Source of the DNA: an uncultured Anaeroplasmataceae bacterium
GTDB taxonomy: Bacteria; Bacillota_I; Bacilli_A; Acholeplasmatales; Anaeroplasmataceae
DNA: 64,000 nt
Assembly: GCA_964441815.1 (NCBI GenBank)
Contig: CAYTVE010000003.1
Coordinates: 323-64,322, forward strand
Direction of reading: 5' to 3'
In this document: piece after piece, positions 49,287 to 59,321 of the stretch
How positions within the stretch are numbered: position 1 is the first letter of the stretch
Layout of the letters: each line of letters begins with the position of its first letter
Position numbers and translations under genes: made by a program
The notes under the pieces: model-generated
What the model saw: only the letters and a program-made list of their open reading frames with translations
What the model was told of the DNA's origin: nothing
Database searches by the model: none

Positions 49287-49356
49287 GACTTGGAAGTTTA
49301 ATTATTGCATATAGTAAAATAAAAAGTACTAATCCTAAAATAATTTTATCTTCCAT
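49270..49356 (-). CDS. 28-aa hydrophobic peptide (candidate small membrane protein / type I toxin-like)
   Basis: Hand-translated as MEDKIILGLVLFILLYAIIKLPSQKEKR plus TAA. The RBS and start context TTAATGGTGATATTATG is nearly identical to that of alr (49441-49460) and similar to that of bofA. The stop and last codons lie in the terminator stem. Confidence 0.4.
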   Translation of the reverse strand: MEDKIILGLVLFILLYAIIKLPSQKEKR

Positions 49357-49457
49357 AATATCACCATTAATAGTATATGCACATTTTATTATTTTGAATA
49401 TGAAAATATTTAATTAATAATTTATTATTATAGTCCATAAGATTTAATGGTGATTTT

Positions 49458-50384
49458 ATGGTTAAAATTAAAAAAGAGATTATACTTAAAAATATTAAGA
49501 GACTACTTAAAACCAATAATTTAATGTTGGTTGTAAAGGATAATGCTTACGGATTTGGAATTGATTTATTAGTTTCTTTAGCTAAAATTGTTAATGTAAA
49601 TAATTTTGCTGTTAAGAATATTAATGAAGGTATAATTGTTAGAAATTTATATAAAGAAGCAAATATTTTAATATTAGGAAAAGTATTTAAAAATAATATT
49701 GATGATATAATAAAATATAAACTTATTCCAACAATAAATGATTATGACGATTACTTATTATTTAAAGAATATAATATTAATGCTCATTTAGCTATTGATA
49801 CAGGGATGAATAGGTTTGGAATGAAAAGTGGATTTTTGGCAATTATAAATGATAATATAGTTAAGGCTATTTATACGCATTGTTTTAATAAAGATAATAA
49901 ACACAAAATTAAATATATAGAAAGTTTAGGTAGAAGTTATTTAAAAGATGTTCATATTGGTGGTAGTATAGCTTATAATAAAACTAAGAGTATGTTAAGA
50001 GTAGGAAGATTATTATATGAGAATGCTTTATATTTTTATGGTAAAATAGTTAATATAAAGCATTTAAGAAAAAATGAATGTTTGGGTTATGATTGTACAT
50101 TTAAAGCTTTAAATGACTGTATTATAGGTATATGTAACATTGGATACAGTGACGGATTAAATTTATATTATCATGGTAGTGTAAATATTAAAGGAAAATA
50201 TTATTCAGTTGTTGGTAGATGTTGCATGGATCAATGCTTTATTTTAATTGATGATAATGTGGTTTTAGAAGATGAAGTTGAATTTTTTGGAAGAAATATT
50301 AGCGAAGATGAATTTATTGTCAAAAATAGTATGTCAAAATATGAAATGTTTTTACAAATAAATCAACAAGTGATTACAAATTAA
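49458..50384 (+). CDS. alr: alanine racemase (short form)
   Basis: PLP-Lys motif 'LVVKDNAYGFG', 'AIDTGMNRFG', 'GYDCTF', 'CMDQCFILID'. At 308 aa it is shorter than the alanine racemases I recall. Confidence 0.75.
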   Translation: MVKIKKEIILKNIKRLLKTNNLMLVVKDNAYGFGIDLLVSLAKIVNVNNFAVKNINEGIIVRNLYKEANILILGKVFKNNIDDIIKYKLIPTINDYDDYLLFKEYNINAHLAIDTGMNRFGMKSGFLAIINDNIVKAIYTHCFNKDNKHKIKYIESLGRSYLKDVHIGGSIAYNKTKSMLRVGRLLYENALYFYGKIVNIKHLRKNECLGYDCTFKALNDCIIGICNIGYSDGLNLYYHGSVNIKGKYYSVVGRCCMDQCFILIDDNVVLEDEVEFFGRNISEDEFIVKNSMSKYEMFLQINQQVITN

Positions 50385-50423
50385 AATAAATTTGGTATAA
50401 TATAAAAGTAAGTAGGTGGAATC

Positions 50424-51266
50424 ATGATTTTCATTTTATATAATGATAGTAGTAATAGGGGTAGACCTATCAAAGAGGCTTTAAGGCTTGAAAAAAAATT
50501 TAGTAAACAAAAAAAGGAATTTGTAACTAAAAGCATTTTAGAAATTGGTGATAAAATGCTTGATTTTCATAATAATTTAACTGAAAAGGACGAGTTGATT
50601 TTAATTGGTGGAGATGGCACACTACATAATTTTTTTAATCAAATTGCTCCTAATAAAATTAATTACCGAGTTTTTGTTAAAGGTTGTGGAAGAGGTAACG
50701 ATTTTGCCAGGGATTATAAAAAACACAAATTGTTTGAAATCACTCACTTAGTTAATGATTTACCAACAATAATTATAAACGAAAAAGAAACACATACATT
50801 TATTAACGGCATTGGTATGGGAATAGATTCGATGGTTTGTGCTAAACAGCTTTCTAATGCTAGATTAAAAATAAAACAATCCTATTTTAATGTTGCTTTA
50901 AAAATATTTAAAACTTTTAAACCATATCCACTTGATTTGGTCGTTGATGGAAAAGAATATCATTATAAAAAAGTATGGTTTTTTGTATGTAATAATGGAT
51001 GTTATTTTGGTGGTGGAATGAAAATAACACCAAAAGCTAAAAGAGAAGATGACCATTTAGATATATGTGTTGTTCATGATATAAAATTATGGAGTTTATT
51101 AATGGTATTCCCTTTAGTGTTTTTGGGTTTTCATCGTTTTTTTAGAAAAAAATATATGGATTTTATTCCTGCAAAACATGTATTAGTATATCCTAAGGAA
51201 TGTGATATTTTACAAAAAGATGGTGAAATATCTAATAATGTTAAGGTTGCTGTAATAAAAAGATAA
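50424..51266 (+). CDS. diacylglycerol/lipid kinase family protein (YegS/BmrU type)
   Basis: DAGK catalytic motif 'ILIGGDGTLHNF', 'GTGNDF'-like 'GCGRGNDFAR', and a C-terminal accessory domain. Confidence 0.8.
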   Translation: MIFILYNDSSNRGRPIKEALRLEKKFSKQKKEFVTKSILEIGDKMLDFHNNLTEKDELILIGGDGTLHNFFNQIAPNKINYRVFVKGCGRGNDFARDYKKHKLFEITHLVNDLPTIIINEKETHTFINGIGMGIDSMVCAKQLSNARLKIKQSYFNVALKIFKTFKPYPLDLVVDGKEYHYKKVWFFVCNNGCYFGGGMKITPKAKREDDHLDICVVHDIKLWSLLMVFPLVFLGFHRFFRKKYMDFIPAKHVLVYPKECDILQKDGEISNNVKVAVIKR

Positions 51267-51524
51267 TAGAAACAAAAGAAATTTTAAATGAAATAAATAA
51301 ATGTCAAAAAACATATCATTATTCTGATGATAAATAAGGTAGATGTATTATTAGAATTTTTTGATGATGATTTAAAAGAAAATTGTGGTTTAGAAGAACC
51401 AACAAAAGAATTATTAAAAATTTATCATTTTTTAACAATTGGATTTATTTCTAAGATAAAAAACTATAATTTAGAATTTAGTTATTAAAAGATGATTTTT
51501 TCATCTTTTTGTTTTGGAGGTATT

Positions 51525-52169
51525 ATGGAATTAGCTAATAATATAAATGAAATATTAAAAGGAATTGATAAAAATATTAAAATTGTTGCTGCAACTAAAT
51601 ATGTTGATTTTCATGACATGAAGAAATTATTATCTATTGGGATTAATAATTTTGGGGAAAATAGAGTAGATTCATTTTTAGAAAAATATGATAACTTAAA
51701 AGATGAATCTATTAATTGGCATTTTATTGGTCATCTTCAAACTAATAAAGCAAAAGATGTGGTTTCTAAAATAGATGTTCTTCATTCTTTAGATTCATTG
51801 AAACTTGCAAGAATTATTGAAAAAAATAGAAAGTATCCTCTTGACTGTTTTATTGAAGTGAGTATAAATAATGAAGAAAATAAAAATGGTGTAAGTGTTG
51901 ATGATATTGATGATTTTATTCGAGAAATATTAAAATATAAAAATATTAATCTTATTGGATTTATGATGATGAGTAAAAAAGAAAGTTCTAAAAAAGAAAA
52001 AGAAGAGCAGTTTTATAAATTAAATTTATTGATGAAAAGAATTAATAATAATTATGATTTAAATTTAAATCAATTATCTATGGGTATGAGTGACGATTAT
52101 AATGAAGCAATAAAATCTGGTGCTACAACAATTAGATTAGGTAGAATTTTATGGGAACAAATGAGGTAG
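51525..52169 (+). CDS. yggS: YggS-family pyridoxal-phosphate homeostasis protein
   Basis: 'IKIVAATKYV' (PLP Lys), 'FGENRVD', 'WHFIGHLQTNK', 'LSMGMSDDYNEAIKSGATTIRLG'. ATG 51525 follows GGAGG. Confidence 0.9.
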   Translation: MELANNINEILKGIDKNIKIVAATKYVDFHDMKKLLSIGINNFGENRVDSFLEKYDNLKDESINWHFIGHLQTNKAKDVVSKIDVLHSLDSLKLARIIEKNRKYPLDCFIEVSINNEENKNGVSVDDIDDFIREILKYKNINLIGFMMMSKKESSKKEKEEQFYKLNLLMKRINNNYDLNLNQLSMGMSDDYNEAIKSGATTIRLGRILWEQMR

Positions 52170-52882
52170 ATTTTTTAAACAAACAAATTGAATCATATAT
52201 TTCTAGAGCTTTACAAGGTGGTGTTTGTTTAACTTTGTTTTTAGATGAAGAAAAACAACATTTATTTAAAAATAACAGTGATGTAGATATACTATTTGAT
52301 GGGGGCTTTGATGGTGCTGAATATAAAAGAGTGTTAATAAAATCTAAAGATGTTTCTAAAGTAGATTTTAAAATATGTATATTTGAAATTAAATATAATA
52401 AAAGATATTTAGAATTAAATCATAGAAAAGTATTAGGTTCTTTAATGAATTTAGGAATTAAAAGACAAAGTATTGGTGATATTGTTTTTGTTAACGATAA
52501 ATGTTATTTTGCTTGTAGCAATGAAATATCTTTATATATTGAAAACGAATTTAAAACTATAAGTGGTATATCTATTGAATTAGAAAAAATAGACGATAGA
52601 ATCACTGTAAAAAGACAAATAAGAGAAGAAAAACATAATGTATCGAGTCTAAGACTTGATGTTATTATTGCATCAGCATATAAACTATCTCGTAATGAAA
52701 CGCTTAATATGATTGAATCAGGTCTTGTTAAAATAAACCATGAAGTATGTCTATCGTCAAGTAAAATTCTTAAAGAAAATGATCTTATTAGTGTTCGTCA
52801 TAAAGGAAGAATTTATATTGGAGAAGTTGGAGGAAAAACTAAAAGTAATAGGATGGTATTACAATTGAAGTTTTTAGTATAG
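52151..52882 (+). CDS. ylmH: YlmH-like S4-domain RNA-binding protein
   Basis: The C-terminal S4 domain is 'LRLDVIIASAYKLSRNETLNMIESGLVKINHEV'. It lies downstream of yggS, as in the ylm cluster. Confidence 0.8.
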   Translation: MGTNEVDFLNKQIESYISRALQGGVCLTLFLDEEKQHLFKNNSDVDILFDGGFDGAEYKRVLIKSKDVSKVDFKICIFEIKYNKRYLELNHRKVLGSLMNLGIKRQSIGDIVFVNDKCYFACSNEISLYIENEFKTISGISIELEKIDDRITVKRQIREEKHNVSSLRLDVIIASAYKLSRNETLNMIESGLVKINHEVCLSSSKILKENDLISVRHKGRIYIGEVGGKTKSNRMVLQLKFLV

Positions 52883-52883
52883 T

Positions 52884-54230
52884 ATGCAAAAGACAACAGA
52901 ATATAATAAATTAATTAGTTTTAAACATTTACTTTGCTTAACGATTCCTATTTTTCTAGAATTATTATTACAAGTAATTGTTGGATATTCAGATCAAATA
53001 ATGATTTCAAAAGATCAAGATGCTGTAACCGCGATAACAAACACAAATACAATTGTTAATGTTTTTATTATTGCTTTTCAGGTTTTTTCTATGGGAGCTA
53101 TAATTTTAATAGGACACTATAAAGGATCTAAAAATTATAGTAAGGAAAAAAGCGTATATAGTGTATGTTTTGTATTATCTGTTGGTATAGGGATAGTGAT
53201 AAGTTTAATTTTATTATTATTTTCGAACCATTTCTTTACATGGATAAAACTTGATCCTACATGCATGGAAAAAGGATTAATATATATAAGAATTGTTGGT
53301 GGATTTTTATTTTTACAAGCAATTTTAACCACATTATCAGCTTTTTTGAAAAGTAATTCTTATATGAAAGATTCAACAATAATTAATGCTGGAATAAATG
53401 TATTAAATATAATTGGTAATTTGATTTTAATCCCTTCTTTAGGAATTATGGGAGTTGCAATATCTAGTGTAGTTTCACGAGCTATAGGTGTTGTTGTAAT
53501 GTCCATTGTTTTTCTTAAAAGAGTTAAAATAAATATTTTTCTTCATCCCTTTAAGGATTTTAAAAGAAATACAGTAAAAAGTATACTAGCTATTGGTGGC
53601 CCATCAGGAGGAGAATCATTATCGTATAATGCCAGTCAAATAATGATTCTATTTGTTGTAAATGGATTAGGAAATAAAGGTATAGTTAATATTAAATCAT
53701 ATGCTTCAATGTTTGCGATGATATCTTATATGTTTACATCAGCAATATCACAAGCAATGCAAGTTGTTATTGGCGAACTTCTTGGTATGGGAAAAATAGA
53801 AGAGACAAAGAAAAAAGTATATCAAACACTACTTGTTAGTGTAATTTCTGCAGTTATTGTATCATTCATATTATATCTTATTAGTGATTTTGCGTATGGA
53901 TTGTTTGGTATTGTTGATGAAGAATTATTAAGTATAGGTAAAACTATTTTATTAATTGAAATTATATTAGAACTTGGAAGAGCGTTTAATATTGTTTTTG
54001 TTAGAGCTTTGCAAACTAGTGGTGACATAGCTTTTCCAACAATATTATCAGTTATATTTTGTTGGAGTGTTGCTGTTTTAGGAAGTTATTTATTAGGAGG
54101 TAAAAATGTATGGCTTAACTTAGGCTTAGTAGGTGTGTGGATAGCCATGGCAGCCGATGAATGTATAAGGGCCATTATATTTATATTTAGATTTAAAAAT
54201 GGAGCATGGCAAAGGAAGGTAATTGTATGA
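52884..54230 (+). CDS. MATE family efflux transporter
   Basis: 448 aa with 12 predicted TMs and two-fold internal similarity typical of MATE/NorM. Confidence 0.85.
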   Translation: MQKTTEYNKLISFKHLLCLTIPIFLELLLQVIVGYSDQIMISKDQDAVTAITNTNTIVNVFIIAFQVFSMGAIILIGHYKGSKNYSKEKSVYSVCFVLSVGIGIVISLILLLFSNHFFTWIKLDPTCMEKGLIYIRIVGGFLFLQAILTTLSAFLKSNSYMKDSTIINAGINVLNIIGNLILIPSLGIMGVAISSVVSRAIGVVVMSIVFLKRVKINIFLHPFKDFKRNTVKSILAIGGPSGGESLSYNASQIMILFVVNGLGNKGIVNIKSYASMFAMISYMFTSAISQAMQVVIGELLGMGKIEETKKKVYQTLLVSVISAVIVSFILYLISDFAYGLFGIVDEELLSIGKTILLIEIILELGRAFNIVFVRALQTSGDIAFPTILSVIFCWSVAVLGSYLLGGKNVWLNLGLVGVWIAMAADECIRAIIFIFRFKNGAWQRKVIV

Positions 54231-54910
54231 TTGGTATTATTGCAGCAATGGAAGATGAAATGTCTTTATTAAAAGAAAAAATGAATACAGATAGTGCTAC
54301 TATTATTTGTGGAATAAAATTTTATGAAGGAATTATCGGAACAAAAAAAGTTGTTTTATGTTCATCTGGAGTTGGTAAAGTAAATTCTGCTATGGCAGCA
54401 ACTATATTAATTGAAACATTTAATTGTAATTTAATTATTAATACAGGTATTGCTGGTGGTATTAATGGAGTGGATACTAAAGATATTATTTTAGCGAAGG
54501 AATTGTGTTATTCTGATGTAGATGTAACAGTATTTGGATATCAATATGGACAAGTTCCAGGGATGCCTTATAAATATATTTCAAGCCCAGAAATCATTTT
54601 AAATGTAAAGAGTATTTTTAACAAATTAAACATCAGTTATAAAGAAGCAACCATTTATTCAGCTGATAGTTTTGTTTCTAAATTAAGTCAATTAACCAAT
54701 GTTGATATAAACATATGTTCTATTGCTGAAATGGAAGGAACATCAATAGCGCAAGTATGTGTTAGAAGTGGTATTGATTTTATTGTTTTAAGGTATGTTT
54801 CAGATATTGTTGGTAAAGATAATCAGATAGAAGATTATCAAGAATTTGAAAAAGAGATGGCTTATCGTTCTAGTAACATTTGTTTGGAATTAATTAATAA
54901 TTTTGAATAA
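54227..54910 (+). CDS. mtnN: 5'-methylthioadenosine/S-adenosylhomocysteine nucleosidase
   Basis: 'MIGIIAAMEDEM', 'SGVGKVNSAMAATILI', 'NTGIAGG', 'IAEMEGTSIAQVC'. ATG 54227 lies 7 nt after AAGGAAGG and overlaps the MATE gene stop (ATGA). Confidence 0.92.
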   Translation: MIGIIAAMEDEMSLLKEKMNTDSATIICGIKFYEGIIGTKKVVLCSSGVGKVNSAMAATILIETFNCNLIINTGIAGGINGVDTKDIILAKELCYSDVDVTVFGYQYGQVPGMPYKYISSPEIILNVKSIFNKLNISYKEATIYSADSFVSKLSQLTNVDINICSIAEMEGTSIAQVCVRSGIDFIVLRYVSDIVGKDNQIEDYQEFEKEMAYRSSNICLELINNFE

Positions 54911-54947
54911 ATATAATATATTTGTCAATAATAAAGATGGTGAGAAT

Positions 54948-55433
54948 ATGTATTTAGCCATCTTTATTTTAATTATCATAATATTTATATTAGCAATTAA
55001 TATAAAAATTAATATTAAAAGTGCCAATGATACCATTAAAATATATGCTAAAATAGGATTAATAGAATTTGTTATACCTCATCAAAGATTTATAAAAAAG
55101 ATATATAAAAATAAAAGTGAAGACAAAATAAATGATTTTAAAAAAATAATTGAAAATAGGTTCTTTTTAAATAGACTATTTAACCATTCTAGTTTATCTA
55201 TGTTTTATATGGCTAGATTTACTAAAGAAGAGCTTTATATAAATCCTATAATAAATAGTACCTATTTAATAATATCAAATCAAATATATGCTTTTTTTAA
55301 TAATCATTTTAAATTTGTAGATAATAAAAGAATAAGTCTTATTTATGATGAAAAATATGAAAATATAGATTACTTTATTTGTTTTAAAACAAATTTTATT
55401 AGTCTTCTCACCGCAATAATTATAAGGAAATGA
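54948..55433 (+). CDS. ytfI: sporulation protein YtfI-like (DUF2953)
   Basis: An N-terminal TM 'MYLAIFILIIIIFILAINIKINIK'. It lies immediately upstream of ytfJ, as in Bacillus. ATG 54948 follows GGTGAG. Confidence 0.6.
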   Translation: MYLAIFILIIIIFILAINIKINIKSANDTIKIYAKIGLIEFVIPHQRFIKKIYKNKSEDKINDFKKIIENRFFLNRLFNHSSLSMFYMARFTKEELYINPIINSTYLIISNQIYAFFNNHFKFVDNKRISLIYDEKYENIDYFICFKTNFISLLTAIIIRK

Positions 55434-55437
55434 TAAA

Positions 55438-55818
55438 ATGGGTAATATTACAGATTTATTAAATGTTTCAATGAATAAACTAAAAGAAATGATAGAAGCA
55501 AACACAATTATAGGAACGCCAATTATTCAAAATGATATTATAATAGTTCCCGTATCTAAATTACATTTAGGTTTTGTTGCTGGAGGTAGTGACATAAAGC
55601 CAACTATATCAAAAGAAGATGTATTATTTGGCGGTGGATCAGGAGCAGGATTTGGTATTACACCCATTGCTTTTTTAGTAATAAAAGGTGATAATGTTAA
55701 TTTGCTATCAATAGATGAATCTACGCATATTGCTGAGAAAATAATAGATATAGTTCCCAAAACGGTTGATAAGTGTAAAACATTATTTAAAAATAATACA
55801 CCAATAGAAAAAATATGA
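55438..55818 (+). CDS. ytfJ: sporulation protein YtfJ (GerW family)
   Basis: 'TIIGTPIIQNDIIIVPVSKLHLGFVAGGSD...GGGSGAGFGITPIAFLVIKGDNVNLL'. Confidence 0.88.
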   Translation: MGNITDLLNVSMNKLKEMIEANTIIGTPIIQNDIIIVPVSKLHLGFVAGGSDIKPTISKEDVLFGGGSGAGFGITPIAFLVIKGDNVNLLSIDESTHIAEKIIDIVPKTVDKCKTLFKNNTPIEKI

Positions 55819-55820
55819 TT

Positions 55821-55844
55821 TAGCCACAATAGTGGTTATTTTTT
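55821..55844 (+). terminator. terminator after ytfJ
   Basis: TAGCCAC-AATA-GTGGTTA followed by TTTTTT. Confidence 0.6.
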
Positions 55845-56055
55845 AATAAGTATTGTTATAAATGGCGCTTAAGTAATATACAAATTATATTGTAAATAAT
55901 TATTTTATAATATAATAAAAACTTAAAGTTGATTAAATCAAAATATTTTAAACTTGTGAAGCGGGATGCTATATTCTATAATAATTTAAAAATTAAAATA
56001 ATATTTAATTGTAAAAAAAAATAGAGTATAATTAGTTATACGAGGAGTTGATGAT

Positions 56056-56634
56056 GTGAAATATTATGCGGTTAAATACAATGACGAGAAGAAAATATTT
56101 ACATCCTGGGATGAGTGTAAGGAATATGTGAATGGTAAGAATGTTAAATATAAATCATTTTCGACTATAGAAGAAGCTAACAATTTTTTAAATGAGGAAA
56201 AACCAATTTTAAATCTAGATATACCAACAGCTTATATTGATGGTTCATATGATATAAATACAGGTAGATATTCTTTTGGAGGAATATTACTTATAGGTGA
56301 TAAAAAATATGAATTCAATAGAGCATATGAATGTGATTTATTTAGTGAACATAGAAATGTGGCTGGAGAAATTAAAGGTGCTGGATTTATTATACAATAT
56401 GCTATAAATCATAATATAAAAGAATTAAATGTATGTTATGATTATGAGGGAATTGAAAAGTGGTATAAAGGAATTTGGAAATCTCATAAGACATTAACGA
56501 AAGAATATTGTGATTTTGCAAATAAATCAAAAGATAAAATTAAAATTAATTTTATAAAAATAAAAAGCCATAGTAATGATAAATATAATGATGAAGCAGA
56601 TAGATTGGCTAAAAAAGCATTAGGTATAAAATGA
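56056..56634 (+). CDS. rnhA: ribonuclease H1-type protein with N-terminal hybrid-binding (viroplasmin/Cauli_VI-like) domain
   Basis: N-terminus 'YYAVKYNDEKKIFTSWDECKEYVNGKNVKYKSFSTIEEANNFL'. RNase H core 'AYIDGSY...', 'EIKGA', 'HSNDKYNDEADRLAKKA'. GTG start 8 nt after GAGGAG. Confidence 0.8.
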   Translation: MKYYAVKYNDEKKIFTSWDECKEYVNGKNVKYKSFSTIEEANNFLNEEKPILNLDIPTAYIDGSYDINTGRYSFGGILLIGDKKYEFNRAYECDLFSEHRNVAGEIKGAGFIIQYAINHNIKELNVCYDYEGIEKWYKGIWKSHKTLTKEYCDFANKSKDKIKINFIKIKSHSNDKYNDEADRLAKKALGIK

Positions 56635-56660
56635 AAAAACTCTATTCAAGAGTTTTTTTT
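56634..56660. terminator. bidirectional hairpin between the convergent rnhA and murE genes
   Basis: AAAAAACTCT-ATTCA-AGAGTTTTTT. It overlaps the last codons of murE. Confidence 0.55.
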
Positions 56661-58060
56661 AATATATAGTAATCATTATGTTTAAAACTATAATTTAAGA
56701 TATGTTCGCAACATTCATTTCCTTTTCCGGTAATAACAATCATATCATTAGATTTTGCAATACTACAAGCTAATTTTATAGCTTCTAATCTACTTAGTGT
56801 AATATAATATTCTTTATCTTTTAAATTATATGTTAAATCATATAAAATATTAAATAAGTTTTCGTTTTTAGGGTCTTCGGATGTGAAAATGGTTATATCA
56901 GCGTAATTAACGGCGATATTTCCCATTTTCGTTCTTTTCGACTTGTCTTTTTCGCCTGCAGCACCTAAAATAAGAATAATATTTCCTTTTTTAAAAATGT
57001 TTAAATTATCTAATAAATTTTGTAATGCATTAGGTGTATGTGCAAAATCAACAATACCAGTTATATTGTTTTTATTTTTGAAATTCATAAATCTGCCATC
57101 AATTTGTTTTATTGTTTCTACACCTTCTTTTATATATTTTAAATCAATACCTAATTCATTTGTATATGCAATACATGCAAGAGCATTATAAATATTGTAT
57201 CTACCAAATAATGGTAGTTTAAAATGTTCTAAGAAAATATTTTTATAATATACATCAAAACTAGAATAATTGAAATCTAATTTAATATTTTTAGCTTGAT
57301 AAATTCCACCAAAAATCCCATAAGTTATAACTTTAGATTTAGTATATCCTGCAAGTTCTGCTGAATAGAAGTCGTCATTGTTAATTACAGAAAGACAATC
57401 TTTATTTAGATTTCTAAATAGTTTTGCTTTTGCTTTAAAATAATGTTCTATAGTTTTATGTGTATTTAAATGTTCGTGTGATAAATTAGTAAATATAGCA
57501 CCATTAAATTTTATTTTTTCAATTCTTCCATCAACGATTCCTTCACTTGATACTTCCATAACTATATCATTTATATTATGTTTTTTGAAAACACTATATG
57601 CTTCGTAAAACACATCGGGTGTAGGTGTAGTATGCATTATTTTAATATTTTTATTTAAATAATTAATCCCATTAGTTCCTATATATGCAGAAGATTTTTG
57701 AATATCCAAAATATTATTTAAAATACTTGAAACAGTTGTTTTACCATCTGTTCCAGTAACACCTATAGTATATATATCATTTTTATAATGATAATATAGT
57801 TGTAATAATCTGATATATTCATTTTTAGCATTCGGAACTCTAATATGAGGTGTTTTTTTAAATAATTTTCTTTCAGAAATAATTAAACAAGCCCCATTTT
57901 TTATTGCCTCATCAATATATTTATTACCATCTATTTTGTTTCCCTTTACTGCAACAAATATATAATCTTTATTAATTTTTTTAGAATCATTTGATATTCC
58001 TTTTATATCCAAGTTATATTTGATTTTTGGATAAAACTCTTTTATTTTCATTTTGATCAT
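56642..58060 (-). CDS. murE: UDP-N-acetylmuramoyl-L-alanyl-D-glutamate--diamino acid ligase (MurE)
   Basis: 'GVTGTDGKTT' P-loop and a Mur ligase middle and C-terminal domain. The position of the DAP-specific DNPR motif reads 'EDPK', so the substrate cannot be assigned. Confidence 0.88.
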   Translation of the reverse strand: MIKMKIKEFYPKIKYNLDIKGISNDSKKINKDYIFVAVKGNKIDGNKYIDEAIKNGACLIISERKLFKKTPHIRVPNAKNEYIRLLQLYYHYKNDIYTIGVTGTDGKTTVSSILNNILDIQKSSAYIGTNGINYLNKNIKIMHTTPTPDVFYEAYSVFKKHNINDIVMEVSSEGIVDGRIEKIKFNGAIFTNLSHEHLNTHKTIEHYFKAKAKLFRNLNKDCLSVINNDDFYSAELAGYTKSKVITYGIFGGIYQAKNIKLDFNYSSFDVYYKNIFLEHFKLPLFGRYNIYNALACIAYTNELGIDLKYIKEGVETIKQIDGRFMNFKNKNNITGIVDFAHTPNALQNLLDNLNIFKKGNIILILGAAGEKDKSKRTKMGNIAVNYADITIFTSEDPKNENLFNILYDLTYNLKDKEYYITLSRLEAIKLACSIAKSNDMIVITGKGNECCEHILNYSFKHNDYYILKKTLE

Positions 58061-58265
58061 CTCTACTTATATTATTTTCTCATTTCATTTTTTTAATCAT
58101 AATAATTTAAATAAAACGAAATTTGCCTTAAAAATTTAGATGAGTAATATACTATATATAAAATGTTACTTTAACAAAAATAGAAAGTTAAAATTAATGT
58201 TAAAAGAAGTCGAAAAATATATTAAAATATGGTAGAATAGAAACAATGAGGAAGGTGCATAATTG

Positions 58266-59321
58266 ATGAAGATTATTCATTGCGCAGATTTACATTTAGG
58301 TTCAAAAATTAATAGTAGATTAAAGAAGATAACTGATGATAGAAAAAACGATTTACGAAACTCATTTATTCATCTTTGTGAATATGCTGAATTAAACAAG
58401 ATAAAGATTATTATGTTATCTGGAGATGTTTTTGATAGTGATAAACCATCAAGAAAAGATAAAGAAGCATTTTATGCTTTAGTAAAAAAATATTCCTTTA
58501 TTGATTTTCTATATTTAAAGGGGAATCATGATATATTAACCGATGGTGAAGAAATTGCGAATCTAAAAACTTTCGACGAAGATTTTAATTCATATAAATA
58601 TGATAATATTTGTATAACAGGTATTGAACTAAATAATAGTAATTCACTTTCTTTTTATAATAATTTGAATTTGACAAAAGAAGATATAAATATATTAATG
58701 CTTCATGGTCAAATATCTGATAGTGTTGGAGAATCATTAATAAAAATATCAAATTTAAAAAATAAATATATTGATTATTTGGCATTGGGTCACATTCATA
58801 ATTTTGATTATGGAAAAATTGATTTAAGAGGAATTTATGCTTATTCTGGCTGTCTTGAGGGTAGAGGATTTGATGAAACTGGTAAAAAGGGTTTTGTTTT
58901 ATTAGATATAAAAGATAATAAAATTGATTTTGAATTTATACCTTTTTGCAGACGAGAAATTATTATTAAAAGCGTTGATATATCGTTAGCTAATTCAATT
59001 CCTGAAATTGTTGAAAAAATAAAAAACAATGTTAATTTTAATTCTAATGACATTTATAGAATAAATTTAATTGGTGATCTTTTGCCTGATAAAAATTTTC
59101 TTCCTAAGGATATTGAAAGTTATTTTAGTAATTTATATTTTATTGAGATTATATTTAATACTAATATAGTTATAGATTATAATCAATATATTAATGATTT
59201 ATCATTAAAAGGAGAATTTGTTAGAACACTTGTAAATGATAAAAATATTATTGATGAAGATAAAAAGGAAATAGTCTCATTAGGTTTAAAGTTATTAGAA
59301 GGTCGCGAGGTTGAATCATGA
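58266..59321 (+). CDS. yhaO: SbcD/Mre11-like metallophosphoesterase (YhaO type)
   Basis: Calcineurin-like motifs 'HCADLHLG', 'SGDVFD', 'GNHD', 'MLHG', 'GHIH'. Confidence 0.85.
   Translation: MKIIHCADLHLGSKINSRLKKITDDRKNDLRNSFIHLCEYAELNKIKIIMLSGDVFDSDKPSRKDKEAFYALVKKYSFIDFLYLKGNHDILTDGEEIANLKTFDEDFNSYKYDNICITGIELNNSNSLSFYNNLNLTKEDINILMLHGQISDSVGESLIKISNLKNKYIDYLALGHIHNFDYGKIDLRGIYAYSGCLEGRGFDETGKKGFVLLDIKDNKIDFEFIPFCRREIIIKSVDISLANSIPEIVEKIKNNVNFNSNDIYRINLIGDLLPDKNFLPKDIESYFSNLYFIEIIFNTNIVIDYNQYINDLSLKGEFVRTLVNDKNIIDEDKKEIVSLGLKLLEGREVES

Noticed and set aside
51327-51488. 53-codon ORF (MINKVDVLLEFFDDDLKENCGLEEPTKELL...) in the lipid-kinase/yggS spacer.
   Set aside because: No Shine-Dalgarno precedes the ATG, there is no recognisable family, and it is below the track threshold. 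It may be a gene remnant, but it is not supportable as a feature.
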